The notes under the pieces are model-generated. The model was not told the origin of the DNA, did no database searches, and worked only from the letters and a program-made list of their open reading frames with translations. The position numbers and the translations under genes were made by a program. Of a stretch of 64,000 nt of DNA, positions 12,130-26,289 are shown one piece after another. The DNA lies in the NCBI RefSeq assembly GCF_030684315.1, contig NC_081371.1, positions 24,299,440 to 24,363,439 on the forward strand. Reading direction: 5' to 3'. Within the stretch, counting starts at the first letter, position 1. Each line of letters opens with the position of its first letter. Source of the stretch: Stegostoma tigrinum. Lineage: Eukaryota.

Positions 12130-15100
12130 CTGTCAATTTTAAGAAAAATCAAAGACATACAAGTTCCTAATTTGACAAATTGGAAATAATGTGGAAGGAA
12201 AGCACCATAAATGCTGAGGTATACATTAGGAGTGACAATACAGCTGAATAATTTTAAATTTCAAAACAGATGTTTATGCACATTCTGTGCCTTGGACCCT
12301 TCAATATTAGTACAGCAGTTAATAGAACATTTTGGGCCTTGGAATGTATAAATTGAGAGACAGAGTACAAAAGACAGTAAGTGATTCCAAACCATGTAAG
12401 ACACTAGTTCAACTGCAGTTGCAGTATTAAATTGTCTGCACCCCCACACTTTAGGAAGGATGTGAGGAACTTGGAGAATTCTAGGAATAAGGTTGGATTA
12501 GCAAAACTGGGGTTTTCTTGGAGCAGAGAAAGATGAGAGATTTGATATTGTTTAAAATCATGAAGGTTTAGATTGTCTAAACAAAGAGAAGCTGTTTTTC
12601 CTTTGGCATCAATGGTATCAAAAAGCATTTGACCTTGAGTCATATAAGAAGATATGTAAGAAGAATGACCAAAAGTTTGATCAATGAGATAGGTTTTATG
12701 GAGCATCATTAGCATGACCAGGGTAGACAGGTTTAGGAGGCTTGATTTAGGCAGCTGAGGATATGGCTGCCAAAAGTGGTGAGGTTAAAGTCAGAAAGAA
12801 ACAAGAGGCCAGAATGGCGCAGCTACAGAAATAGTGAGGGGGCAAAGTCATTGAGGAATTTGTAAACAATTATGAAATTTTTTAAAGGTCAGTGTTGGAC
12901 TAGGAACAAGTATAGGTCAGCATACACAGGAGCAACAGGAAATTCCTACTCCGTGCTAGATAGGAAATGGACAGTGAAGTTCAATGAGCTTCAACAGACT
13001 TGCCTAGTTATAGTATTATTTGTATTCTTGGCAGATTATAATGCAGAAATTAACAAACTGATTACCTTTTGGTAGATGTGAAAATTCATTTCGATCCTAC
13101 CTCTTAACTCCAAATGCTATGATTGAATCAGAGTTGGGCTCAAGTGGCTTGAAACTACTGTAAGTACAGGAATAAGATGCCTTATTAAGGAAGTAAGAGT
13201 GCTCAAAGTGTTCTGACTGAACACACTTGCCATTTGAATATTTTGTGGAAATGTTTCCAGTCCTGATTGAAATCCTTATTTAAACAAGGTTAGACAAAAG
13301 TTTGCCAACTTAACTTACTGGGATTTTTCTGGCTGGATTTTCCAGATTTGTAGTCAGCCAGGAGTTGTGGGGCTTTTGAACTCCATTACCTTTTCATGAC
13401 TAACTATAAAGGTCAATAAGTCAGAACATTAAGGCCTCGAACTGGGGACATTGTTGGAGGATTCCAGATGTTGACCACTGAAAATTTTAAACCTCATATG
13501 CTGTTAGCAGGTAGTCAGTGTCGGAATTTGAGGTGTCCCAATGTGCATCTTTCAGGGTACATCCTCGTGTCAACTTTCCAGAGAGCAGAAGATCTTGGCT
13601 AATGTCCATTTAAACTGTACTGTGCTGTACTTTTCTATGTTCTAAACTAACCAAATTAAATATGTACATAAATAATACACATTTGAATCTGTTATCTAAA
13701 GAAAATTTAAATGAATGCACTGCAAAGTTACATTGTAAAGGCTTTCCTTAGTAAAGATTACATTTTTAGTTTCAGTACCTGCAGCATAAGTTTGTTTTTT
13801 GGTTTCCTTTAATAATCTTTAATTATTTCTCTTGTACTGCAGATTTAAGTATGCTGTGACAAATATTAATCCTTACGTTTCTGGATGTAATGTTATTTAT
13901 TTCCTGGCCTATTAACTAACAGTTAATATTTTACAAAAGGGGCATTTTACTTATCCTGATCCTTCTAAATGGACTGATGAGGAGCTGGGCATACCTCCAA
14001 TTGATGAGGAATAATCTGAACTAGCTTTGCTGAAATGGTAAGTTTCATGGAACTACAGTCCACGCTTTGAGTTGTTTGTGTAGTATCTTTAATACAATAA
14101 AATTGCCCAACACGTTTCACAGGAATGTTTAAAAGCAAAATTTGATGGCAAACCACATTAGATGGTATTAGGGCAGACGACCAAAAGTTTGGAAAGAGAT
14201 TGTCAGAAGCATCTAGGAGACATCATTCTGTTTGAGAAATTGTGCTAAATTATTGCCTAGCACAGACACTTTCACACAGGACCATGTGGATCCTTGTCAT
14301 TGGCTAAGCTAATCGTGCTCTTTTGTTGTCATTAGTACTTTTTCATAATCAGCTGTTTTCTTCAACCTGCCCTAATGTAAGAAATATTAGGTTTTTGAGC
14401 CCTTACTATTGTTAAGTAACATCATGGTTCATCTTATCACCTGAACACTTCTCCTGCACAATACCCAGATTGCTTAACACATTTATTAGAAATATAAATA
14501 CAGCCTTGGAAACTGGCTTTGTGTGTTAATATTCCTAGGAGATTGAGACATTTCTACTTGTAAGTTACTGCTATTAATTGTGGTTTTTTTTTGTTGCCTA
14601 ACCTGTTTGTGGTTACTGATTTAATGCTTCAGTTCAATAGGACTCAGCAGGTCTTCAATATCTCCCTCAAGTGATCATTCTTCATGTCTGAGTTAAGATG
14701 GTGACTGAAGACTATTTAACTTTTATCAGCCTCACCCCAAACTTTGCATCGAGCAGAGTTGCTGCCAATCTGATTTTTCTTGTTTTGATTTTTAATTTCC
14801 TCCTAGGTCCACCATGTAGAAAACATGGCATTGAGCTGATAGTCATGCTCAGAATCAAACCCTGAATCTTTCCGGTCTGCATGCACATAGTTAAATAGTC
14901 ACTTCACTGTTGAATCATTAGGCAACATTTTTCTTGTAAATACTTGTTCATTTTAAAAATACCTGGATGCTAAACAATAGTGTTGTACCTTTGTTCCACA
15001 GTGTTTCCTTTGTGAGCGTTTGAGAATGTTCATCTGATACTTGGAAAAAACAACTTATTGTAAATTTAAATTGGAATAAAAGTTATTTGGTCAGTTCTGT

Positions 15101-16423
15101 TGTGCAGTTTCTTCTATCCAAATGTTTGTGCCTTTGTACAGTCAAGCAAATCAATGCAAAGTGCCAGAATTCTGATAAATGCTGTGAATGCCTGTATGGG
15201 GAATGGAGGATACAAATATTAATCACCATATTTTACACCAGTTCAATTTGTAGTAAGTCCACTGCTAAAAGGATTTGTTCAAGTCTCAAACTGTTCAACA
15301 TGGAAATAAAGGTCTTCTAGTATCAAATCTGAGTGATTGATTTGGTTTTTGTTGTGAATAGATTGCTTAAAGACATAACCTAGCATTTCAAATTTAAGAT
15401 AAAAACACTACACTTTTTCAATCCATCTTTTTAATATTAGTTTGAATAGAACATAAGGAAAATATATTGTACATCTTTTAGTAATATATTATGGCTAAAC
15501 ATAGTTCAGCATTGTCCTTTTGAACAAAAGTCATCTTGCCTGTTACCTACCTGCATACGTTTTTTCATAAGCTATTGGAGAGAACTACATTGGTGTGAGG
15601 CAGCAACACAAGTTTGAGAGAAAGCTCAGTCTTCTTGAGCTGTGCTTTCACTGTTCATTTCTAGTTTAGCAAAAAATGAATTACCTCACTTGCTGTGAAA
15701 AAGTTAACTTCTAAATTTTAACCTAGGAAATCAGGTCCTTTAGAAGATACCAGCTGAATACTTGTATTTAATAGGTGCACACTTGTTCTCCCACAAGTTT
15801 TATTCACACTGGACTAAACGTTGTCCAGTAAAAGATTTAAAATGTACTGTTTTTACTTGAACACACAGTTTGAACTCAGGTTAAAAGTGCATCAAATTAT
15901 TTTGCATGTTAACCAAATTCTTCACCGATCCTTGACAAGCACTAATTGTGGGCAGCAAGGAGTTAGGCTTCTTCTCGCAGAGTAGCAATTCAAGTTAGTG
16001 AGTGTTAATGTGACAAGTTTCTAAAGTTCACATCAGCTCTGGTTAATAATCATCTTGCTGGTCAATCTCCAAGATACTTCTATGGTTTTTATAGAAATGA
16101 AAACATACACCTCTGGATTCATACATTATAAAATCTGCATGTTTAAACTGAGCCTGAGTGGGAATTCACCATTTTAGAACTTCAAGACATATATAATCTT
16201 CATAGTCAGCACGTATCAGATTCATGTTCCTGATACTCATTTTAATGCTGCATCACTGTTCTGTGCTCCATTGTCTTCATTTCTGCATTTGGTATAATTG
16301 GTTCAGGGACTGCTGTGATCTTCTACCAGGAATCCATTTGCATGTTATTAATGAGACTATTGAAAACACTGCATTAAATCCACGAAGATGTTCTTACTCA
16401 AGACAGCCAACATTTTGCAACTC

Positions 16424-16739
16424 CTACTGACCGTCATCTTCCGTGGTGTAATTGTCATTGTTCAACTGACAGGTTCCACTACCAGACTGCAACAGTTCTT
16501 CATCCTCACTGTCTACATCCTCATCCTCATCCTCTTCCTCCAGATCTTGCATAGGCAGGCATGTCTTGGAACCTTTGCAGATCTTTAAGTGTCTGGTTAA
16601 GTGATACTTTGTTAAGTATGCCTTTGAGCACTTCTCACAGATGAAATCCCTCCTTCCTTCGTGTGAATTGAGATGTTTCTTCAGGTGTGTTGTCCTCCAG
16701 AAGAGCTTGTCACAATTTGGACACTTGATTTGCCTCTCT
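16424..16739 (-). CDS. PRDM4: PRDM4 last coding exon (final C2H2 fingers, acidic tail, TAG stop)
   Basis: Acceptor ctgtgcag|; ERQIKCPNCDKLFWRTTHLKKHLNSHEGRRDFICEKCSKAYLTKYHLTRHLKICKG...EEEDEDED...DDGQ*; phase 2 matches the previous exon. Confidence 0.95.
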
Positions 16740-18686
16740 CTGCACAGAAATGTAAATACAATTCTTTTAAAGAAGGTGTTAATTAAAATTCAATGCTCCC
16801 TTTTAGTGGATACCATGTACAGTTAAATAATACTGAGTCACATATCCCCAACACCTAATCATCTTCAATAGCCTAAAATAGTTTAGCAATATTATTGCAG
16901 CTAACTTCTAAAGTATTTTCATCATTGCAATTTATGGCACAAACTTACATGAATGAGTAATAATGCTTTAATTGCATTCAAAGCTGCACTGGCCCTTTCT
17001 TGGCAAGAAACCAGATGACATTGATTTGCTGCTTTTGAGATGATAGTATCAGTTTGGACTTATCATACTTTTGCCTCAGAGTCAGGGATTTGGTTCAAGA
17101 CCATTCCAGTGATTTGACCACAAAGTTAGGCTAACATCTGTACAGTATTGAAGGAATATTGCTGAGTCACAATTGTTATATTTTGGACAACATGTTAAAT
17201 AAAGTCTGCATGTTGAGTTCACGTGAAAGATCCCATGGCTGTGTAAGGAAGAGCAAGATAATTTTTCCAGTCTTAGAGCAACAAGACTTACTGTTGCTTG
17301 CTGCTAAATAGACTTAGATTACAATAGAATATACAGCCCAGAAATCAGACACTCCACTCTAAATTCACCAAATGGACTGCGATGGTTCAGGAAGGCAACC
17401 CATCCCCACTTCTCAAGGGAAACTCGGAAGGGCCTTGTGAATGACAACTATATCCTATCAAAAAGCAAAAAAAAACACGTTTGCAAATCTCTGTACCCTT
17501 GAGTGCCATTATATCCTTTTTTTAAAATAATGCAACCTGAACAGCAGCGTTCTCAAATACATAGTGTAATCAATGTTCAATACAGGTTTAGCACAACTTT
17601 TTTGTTTCATTTCCATCCTTCTAGAAATAAAGCCTTGTATTTTGTTTATTTTACTAAGGTCTTGCTAATCTGCAATGCAATTTTTAATTACTAATGTATT
17701 GGTATTTGCCAAGATCCATTTGTTCCTCTACTTTCCAAACAACGTGACCTTACTATTCTTCCTACCAAAATATACCACCTCACATTAATGTTGAACATCA
17801 TTTCTCGACTTGACATTCTCATTGAAAGTCCAAATCTTAATATAAATTGGGGACAGTAGTCAATCCAACCCCTAATCCTTGTGAAGCATCACTTCCTACC
17901 TTCTACCACTGAATAAATACCTTTTATTTGCACTCTTGAAGCTATCTACCAATTCTCTCTGGCATGTGTCCCCTTACTCCCCATTCTGTTACTCTATTCG
18001 TTAGCCTATGATGGGACATCTTAACCAAGGCCCTTTGAAAATCCAGATAGATTACATCTTCTACAAGACCACTGTTTATTATCTTCTCAAACAGTTCCAT
18101 AAGGTAGATAAAACAAGATTTTCTTTTCTGAAATCCATTCTGACTGTACTAAGTTTCCAATTTTTTAGATGTGTATCTGTTTACTCCTTTACTAAAGATT
18201 TGAGATTTCTCTCCTTCACTGCTTTAAACTGACTGTTTATATTATTTCTTTTATTATGTTCCCCTTCTTAAATATAGGGAATACATTAGCAATTCACCAG
18301 CCATTGCCTTTTTCTAGCAAATAATTGAAAATGTAACTAATCATTTGATATTTCTGGAAAAAAAAGAGAATGTGAAGTTTTTCATCTATCAGGACAATTC
18401 ACAAGAAATACAAGGGGAAAGCAACATTTATACGGTATGACAGGAGAATGCTGATCGATGGACAAGTGGACTTATTGGTAGGGGCACAGGAAAATCAGTG
18501 AAGTGACAAGAGTCAGTCCCACACTGCTAATACTATGATTATAAATTGATAAGGTTCTTGCTATTTTTGTCACTTATTAAAAGCCTTTAATTTATGTGGT
18601 TGTTATTGAGTTTACTGAACGTAACCGGATTTGCGATCATCTTAAAATGTAGCGATGAATAACTGATCCAGCTGCGGTCAGTTAAT

Positions 18687-18865
18687 GCCACATCAGAGGA
18701 GCAGGAAAGCTGACGTGTTGGGCTGGGACCCTTCTTCATTTTTTGTGAAGAAGGATCTTGACCCAAAACGCCAACTTTCCTGCTCCCCAGATGCTGCCTG
18801 ACCTGCTGTGTTTCTCCAGCTCCACACTTATCTCAGACTCTAGCATCAGCAGTTTTTAACTATCT
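18687..18865. mobile_element. Miniature hairpin PLE derivative with degenerate hammerhead cores in both arms
   Basis: Arms fold about 18740 (cccttcttca / tgaagaagg); 15-bp TSD ctgcggt(c/t)agttaat at 18672-18686 and 18866-18880. Confidence 0.8.
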
Positions 18866-19367
18866 CTGCGGTTAGTTAATAATGTGTGCATGATTACATG
18901 AGAACACATTAAATAGAAGATTACTAATTACATTAATCCTTCTATTAATACTAATGTATCACATTTTAATATTTTAAATTTCATATCATACTCAAATTGT
19001 TCAGCTGAAATACTGAATTAGAAATACGGTTGTGTGCAAGAGTCTTATTTCATATCAATACTACGTGCATAGTGACCGTATTTAACACGTTATCTGGGCA
19101 GTGTGAAGCATTTGCGTTGAAAAATGGTGGCTTTGCAAATCACATTTTTTTTCCACAAGGCCCTATGGTACTTTCAAGCACAAATATTAATCTACTGGCC
19201 AGCTCTCACAATGCTCCATTTTTACAGCTATACTGAAAGGGGGTGATATGTTTAATGCAGTATGTATCAGTTTGTATTGGATTGACACTAGAGATTCTAC
19301 AAGTAAACTTACCAAATACTCAATACTAATAAGAAAGAGGAGCCAGAACAGCTAGTGGATTACTTAC

Positions 19368-19536
19368 TGCGTATGGGTCAACATGTGCTGCCGAAGATCC
19401 TGTCGCCGCATGAACATTTTCTCACAATAATCACATTTCAAGTTCTTCTCTCCTGTGTGGATTATCATGTGAGAGGCCAGGTGAGCCTTCTGAGTGAAAG
19501 ACTTGTCACACATTTCACACCGATAGTTTTTTTGAC
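19368..19536 (-). CDS. PRDM4: PRDM4 coding exon (two C2H2 fingers)
   Basis: GQKNYRCEMCDKSFTQKAHLASHMIIHTGEKNLKCDYCEKMFMRRQDLRQHMLTHTQ; AG/GT flanks; 169 nt. Confidence 0.95.
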
Positions 19537-20929
19537 CTGAAAGCAAATGTAAGCATATACACATATTTTTAAAAAATGGGCCAATTCACTGCTTTGCATC
19601 AATATTACTGCTACAATTACTATTCTTATGTCGAAACACCCAGTGTTGTAATGAAGGTAGTTCCAGGATTTTGACCTGTTACAAGCAACAAGTTCTTTTC
19701 TCCCTGTCTAGTCTGTCCAGATATTTTACAATTTTGAAAACTTCTATCACATTTCCCCTAAGCCTTCACCTCTCTAAGGAATACCAAATTCTAGTCCCAA
19801 ATTCTCCAAACTTTCCTCAAAGAAAATGTCACACCCCAGAAACATTCTCATTCACCTCTCTTGTAGTCTTACCGACGCATTCACATCCTATAATATGGCA
19901 CCCAGAACTCTACACAGTATCTATTCAGTGTCCTATAAAAGTTTATTTTCACTTCCTTGCTCTTTCATTCTATGCCTCGGTAAGGAACTGCAAAATACTA
20001 TATACTTTAACAGCTCTATCTGTTCTGTCACCTTTAATGACTTGCCCAGGTCTGTCTCTTCTTGTACATCCTTTAGAATAGCACCTTTTTGTTTATACTA
20101 TCATTTTGCATTTCTTTACAATGAACATCATGTTAAACCTATCTGTCAGCTCCATCAACTTGTCAATGTCATTTAGATGTCAGTTTTGGAATATTTCTCC
20201 AAAGTACTCTGTAGCAGATAACTCCTCCCCGAAATCTCATTCCGTGCTCCAAACACCACCTTCCCCCCCCCAACTTCTTTGCCTTGAGGCAATCTCTCTC
20301 CCGTGTCACCTCTTCCACCCCGCTCCTCCCTCTACATAGCCTCTCCCTTGTAACCTCTTTTCGCCAGCCTTAACGAGTCAGAGATCAGGCAGAGTGCTGC
20401 CTCACAATCTCACTGTTCCCTAATCTAGTTATGACTATTTCGCTTCTACACTTGCTGCTGTAAAGCTCTGTAGGCAAATGAGAGAGAAACAGCCCATGTT
20501 TAAATGAGCAGCTCCTTGCAGAATCTGTCACTCTCCTTACAGGACACATATCTTGAATTCTAGTTCACCAGCGTGATAGAAATTGAGGCCTTATGTATTG
20601 GATGACCCTTGTCCAGCCTGGTGAATACAACTGCTTTATTACAACTTCATTATTTAGCATCTGAGTCCCAGCTATATTCTGTCTCAATTACAGAAAGTGG
20701 GTTTATATTTTGCCTGAGAAAATTCAGATTCTTCCAAGCAATGGAGTGTCAGCGACTGGGGCCACAAATTAAATTCCATAGCTTTGCGAAGTACAGGACT
20801 TCTTTTAAGTAATAAAGTAGATAAAATATACTTATTAATCTTTTGTGCTCTTATTGCTCTATTAACATGGAAGGTTACGGCAAAAAGTGCTTAATGTATT
20901 GGAAATACAACTTCTGAAGAGGATAGGGG

Positions 20930-22366
20930 TTGGTGAGGAGCTTGAAGACTGGAGTGTGGCTAATGCAGTGCCTTTACTTAAGAAAGGTGGTAAAGAAAAG
21001 CCAGGGAACTAGAAAATTGAGCCTAACATCAGTGGTGGGTACATTGTTGGAGGTGATTCTGAGGGACAAGATTCAAATGCATTTGGAAAGGCAAGATATG
21101 ATTAGGGATAGTCAACATGTCTTTGTGCATGGGAATTTGCATCTCACTAACTTGACTGAGTTTTTTGGAGCGATGACAAGGGATTGATTAAGGCAGACTG
21201 ATGGAACTTTTCTATATGGATTTAAGCAAGGCATTTGACATGGTTCAACATGATAGACTGGTTAGCAAGGTTAGATCACATAGCGACCGGGGGAGTTAGC
21301 CAATTGTATATGAAATTCGCCTAAAGGTAGGAGACATATTGTGTGCTGGTAGAGGATTGTTTTTAGGACTAGAGGCCTGTGCCAGCAGTGTGCTGCAACA
21401 ATCAATGCTGGGTCCACTGCTTTTCATCATTTATATGAATGATTTGGATGGTAATATAGGAGGTATTGTTAGTAAGTTTGCAGATGGCACCAAAATTATT
21501 GGTAACTGTGGGCAGTGAAGAAGGTTATCTCAACGTTCAATGGGATCTTGATCAGATGGGCCAATGCGCTGAGGAGTGGCAGATGGAGTTTAATTTAGAT
21601 AAATGTGAGGTGTTGTATTTTGATAAGGCAAATCAGGTCAGGACTTATACAGTTAATAGTAGGGCCCTGGGGAGTGTTGCCGAACAGAAACCTAGAGGTG
21701 CAGGTGCACAGTTCCTTGAAAGTGGAGTTGCAGGTAGACAGGATGAAGAAGGCGACACTTGGCATGCTTGCCTTCATTGGCCACTGCATTGATTACAGGA
21801 GCTGGGACGTCATGTTGAAACTGTTCAGGATATTGTGAAGCCATTTTAGAATATAGTATTCAATTATGGTCTCCTGCTATAGGAAAAATATTGTTAAACT
21901 TAAAAGGGATCACAAAAGATTTACAAGCATGTTGCCAGGATCAAAGAATTTGAACTATATGGACAGGTTGAATAGGCTGAGGCTATTTTCCTTGGAGTGC
22001 TGGAAACTGAGGGGTGACCTTAGAGAGATTTATAAAATCATTAGGGTATGGATAGGGCGAATAGCCCTAAGTCTTTTTCCCAGGGTAAAGGAGTTCAAAA
22101 CTATGGGGTATAGGTTTAATGTGAGACGGGCAAGATTTAAAAGGGACCTGAGGGCCAACGTTTTCACACAGAGGGTCGTGTGTGTCTGGAATGAGCTGCC
22201 AGAGGTGGTGATGGAGGCAAGTACAATTATAAAATTTAAAAGGCGTCTGGATGGTGCATGAATAGGAATGGTTTAGATGGAAATAAGCCAAATGGTGACA
22301 AATGGGACTAGATCAGATGAGAATATCCAGTCGGCATGGAGGAGTTGAACCGACGGATCCATTTCC
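20930..22366 (+). mobile_element. CR1 LINE RT and 3' end
   Basis: SLTSVVGTLLE, LTNLTEFF, WQMEFNLDKCEVL, FTQRVVCVWNELP motifs with frameshifts. Confidence 0.92.
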
Positions 22367-25300
22367 ATAAGACCATAAGACATAGGAGTGGAAGTAAGGC
22401 CATTCGGCCTATCAAGTCCACTCTGCCATTTAAATCATGGCTGATGGGCATTTCAACTCCACTTCCCTGCACTCTCCCCGTAGCCCTTAATTCCTTGTGA
22501 GATCAAGAATTTGTCGATCTCTGCTTTGAAGGCATCTAACGTCCCAGCCTCCACTGCACTCTGTGGCAATCAATTCCACAAGCCCACCACTCTCTGGCTG
22601 AAGAAATGTCGTCTTATTTCCGTTTTAAATTTACCCCCTCTAATTTTAAGGCTGTGCCCACGGGTCCTAGTCTCCCCGCCTAACAGAAACAACTTCCCAC
22701 CCCTTCTAAGCTATACATTATTTGGTAAGTTTCTATTAGATCTCCCCTCAACCTTCTAAACTCTAATGAGTACAATCCCAGGATCCTTAGCCATTCATCA
22801 TACGTTAAACCTACCATTCCAGGGATCATCCGTGTGAATCTCCGCTGCACAGGCTCCAGGGCTAGTATGTTCTTCCTGAGGTGTGGGGCCCAAAATTGGA
22901 CACAGTATTCTAAATGGGGCCTAACTAGAGCTTTATAAAGTCTCAGAAGCACATCGCTGCTTTTATATTCCAACCCTCTTGAGATAAATGACAACATTAC
23001 ATTCGCTTTCTTAATCACAGACTCTACCTGCAAGTTAACTTTTAGAGAATCCTGGACCAACACTCCCAGATCCTTTTGTACTTCTGCTTTACGAATTTTC
23101 TCACCATTTAGAAAATAGTCCATGCCTGTATTCTTTTTTCCTAAGTGCAAAACCTCACATTTGCCACATTGAATTTCATCAGCCATTTCCTGGACCACTC
23201 TCCTAAATTGTCTAAATCTTTCTGCAGCTTCCCCACCTCCTCAGTACGACCTGCCTGTCCACCTATCTTCGTATCATCAGCAAACTTCGCCAGAATGCCC
23301 CCAGTCCCTTCATCCAGATCATTAATATATAAGGTGAACAGCTGCGGCCCCAACACTGAACCCTGCGTCACCAATCGTCACCGGTTGCCATTCCGAAAAA
23401 GAGCCTTTTATCCCAACTCTCTGCCTTCTGTCAGACAGCCAATCCTCAATCCAAGCCAGTAGCTCACCTCGAACACCATGGGCCCTCACCTTGCTCAGCA
23501 GCATCCCGTGAGGCACCGTATCAAAGGTCTTTTGGAAGTCTAGATAGATAACATGTACTGGGTTTCCCTGGTCTAACCTACTTGTTACCTCTTCAAAGAA
23601 TTCTAACAGGTTTGTCAGGCATGACCTCCTCTTATTAAATCCATGCTGACTTGTTCTAATCTGACCCTGCACTTCCAGGAATTTAGAAATCTCATCCTTA
23701 ACAATGGATTCTAGAATTTTACCAACAACCGAGGTTAGGCTAATCGGCCTATAATTTTCCATCTTTTGTCTTGATCCTTTCTTAAACAAGGGGTTACAAC
23801 AGCAATTTTCCAATCATCTGGGACTTTCCCTGACTCCAGTGACTTTTGAAAGATCACAACCAAAGCCTCCACTATTTCCTCAGCCTCCTCCCTCAGAACT
23901 CTAGGATGTAGCCCATCCGGGCCAGGAGGTTTATCAATTTTTAGACCTTTTAGCTTTTCTAGCACTTTCTCTTTTGTAATGCCTACCATACTCAACTCTG
24001 CCCCCTGACTCTCCCTAATTGTTGGCATACTACTCATGTCTTCCACTGTGAAGACTGACGCAAAGTACTTATTAAGTTCTTCAGCTATTTCCTTATCTCC
24101 TATCACTAGCCTTCCAGCATCAATTTGGAGCAACCCAATGTCTACTTTTGCCTCTCGTTTGTTTCTAATGTATTGAAAGAAGCTTTTACTATCATTTCTA
24201 ATATTACTAGCTAGCCTACCTTCATATTTGATCCTCTCCTTCCTTATTTCTGTCTTTGTTATCCTCTGTTTGTTTTTGTAGCCTGCCCAATCTTCTGATT
24301 TTCCAGTGCTCTTGGCCACTTTATAGGCTGTCTCTTTTTCTTTGATATATTTCCTGACTTCCATTGTCGGCCATGGCTGTCTAATCCCACCCCGGATAAT
24401 GTTTCTTTTCTTTGGGATGAACCTCTGTACTGTGTCCTCAATTATACCTAGAAACTCCTGCCATTGTTGCTCTACTGTCTTCCCCGCTAGGCTCTGCTTC
24501 CAGTCGATTTGTCAATTCCTCTCTCATGCCCCTGTAATTACCTTTATTTAACTGTAACACCATTACATCTGATTTTGCCTTCTCTCTTTCAAACTGCAGA
24601 CTGAACTCTACCATATTATGATCGCTGCCTCCTAAGTGTTCCCTTACTTTATGAAGTCTGGCTCATTACATAGCACTAAGTCCAGAATAGCCTGCTCACT
24701 TGTGGGCTCCATCACAAGCTGTTCCAAAAAGCCATCCTGCAAACATTCCATGAATTCCCTTTCTTTGGATTCACCAGCAACATTATTCACCCAGTCCACC
24801 TGCATACTGAAGTCCCCCATGATCACCGTGACCTTGCCTTTCTGACATGCCCTATCTATTTCCCGGTGCTTCTTGCGCCCCTGGTCCTGATCACTGTTAG
24901 GAGGTCAGTACATAACTCCCATTATGGTTTTTTTTTGCCTTTGTGATTCCTCAACTCCACCCACACAGTCTCCACATCCTCTGACCCTATGTCATTCAGT
25001 GCCGTAGATTTAATTTCATTCTTAACTAACAAGGCAACCCCGCCACCTCTGCCCACCTCCCTGTCTTTTCGATATGCTGTGAATCCTTGGATGTTTATCT
25101 GCCAGCCCTGAACTCCTTGCATCCCTCTGTGATGCATACCACATCATAATCATTCAAGAGGATTTGTGCTGTTAATTCATCTACGTTGTTGCGAATTCTA
25201 TGAGCATTTAGATAAAGTGCCTTAATGCTAACTTTCTTATTATTAGAGAGATTGGAAATCCTAAAATGTCTTAAACTACCCTCCCTTTTTGCTGTATTCC

Positions 25301-25830
25301 TAGTCTGCCTCGCGCTTAAACCCACCTGTACACATGCTATCCTGTTGCTTATCTTTCCATTTAACTCCATACTCCCTGTCTCTTTCACTTTCCCTTCTGC
25401 CCGACTCAGAAGTTTAAAGTCCTACTGACCACCCTATTTATCCTTTTCGCTAGAACACTGGTTCCAGATCGGTTCAGGTGGAGACCGTCCCAACGGTACA
25501 GATCCCCCCCCGGTTCCAAAACTGATGCTAATGCCCCATGAAATGGAATTCCTCTTTCCCACACCAATCCCTTAGCCACATGTTTACTTTCTGAACTTTT
25601 TCTTCCCCCTATGCCAATTAGCACGTGGTTTAGGTAGTAATCGGGAGATTATGACCCTTGAGGACCTGTACTTCAATTCTTTCCTAGTGCTTGATAATCC
25701 CTGAACAGGCCCTCTACCCCCAGCTTTGCCTATGTTGTTAGTCCCAACGTGGACCACAACAACTGGATCCTCCCCCTCCCACTCCAATGTCCTTTCAAGC
25801 CGGTCGGAGATGTCCCGCACCCTGGCACCG
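22367..25830 (-). mobile_element. Long, relatively young CR1 LINE (ORF1 esterase, APE endonuclease, RT, 3' repeat tail)
   Basis: GARVRDI..VHVGTNN and DGLHLN (SGNH esterase); LYLNA..VCITE and IMGDF (APE); NYRPISLTS, QGSVLGP, KFADDTK (RT); terminal (ccataaga) repeats at 22366-22381; frameshifted. Confidence 0.95.
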
Positions 25831-25910
25831 TACTCCATACTGTATAACTACCACTCTCTGATATGCTGCTCAGAGCTAAAGTTCGCAAAAGCTGAATATG
25901 GTAAGCTTAC

Positions 25911-26177
25911 CCGTGTGAATTTTGAGGTGAGTTCGGAGATTGCTGGGGTCACTGAATGCCTTGCTGCAGAACTCACACTTGTGTGGTTTCATCCCCATGT
26001 GTCCCATCATGTGAACATTTAGTTTGGTAGAAGAGGTGAACGCTCTTGGACAGATGGAACATTTCCATTTCCTTTCCCGACTCTGCCCATGACTGCTCAA
26101 ATGTGACTTCAGCTCACTGTACGTACTGTATGCCTTGCCACAGTGACACATGTGCACATCTGGATGCTCTGGAACTC
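25911..26177 (-). CDS. PRDM4: PRDM4 coding exon (atypical first finger and two C2H2 fingers)
   Basis: GVPEHPDVHMCHCGK...ERKWKCSICPRAFTSSTKLNVHMMGHMGMKPHKCEFCSKAFSDPSNLRTHLKIHTG; AG/GT flanks; 267 nt. Confidence 0.95.
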
Positions 26178-26289
26178 CTTAAAAAAAAATACATGCACAA
26201 AGATACACATTCCATTCTTCAAAAGGTCATTTGGTGCATATCAAGGTCTGAAACAGAGCTATAGATGCAATGAATGTTTCTGTAACAAT

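Noticed and set aside
1-16400. PWP1 expected next to PRDM4 from mammalian synteny
   Set aside because: No WD40 or PWP1-like exons recognised; it may lie outside the window.
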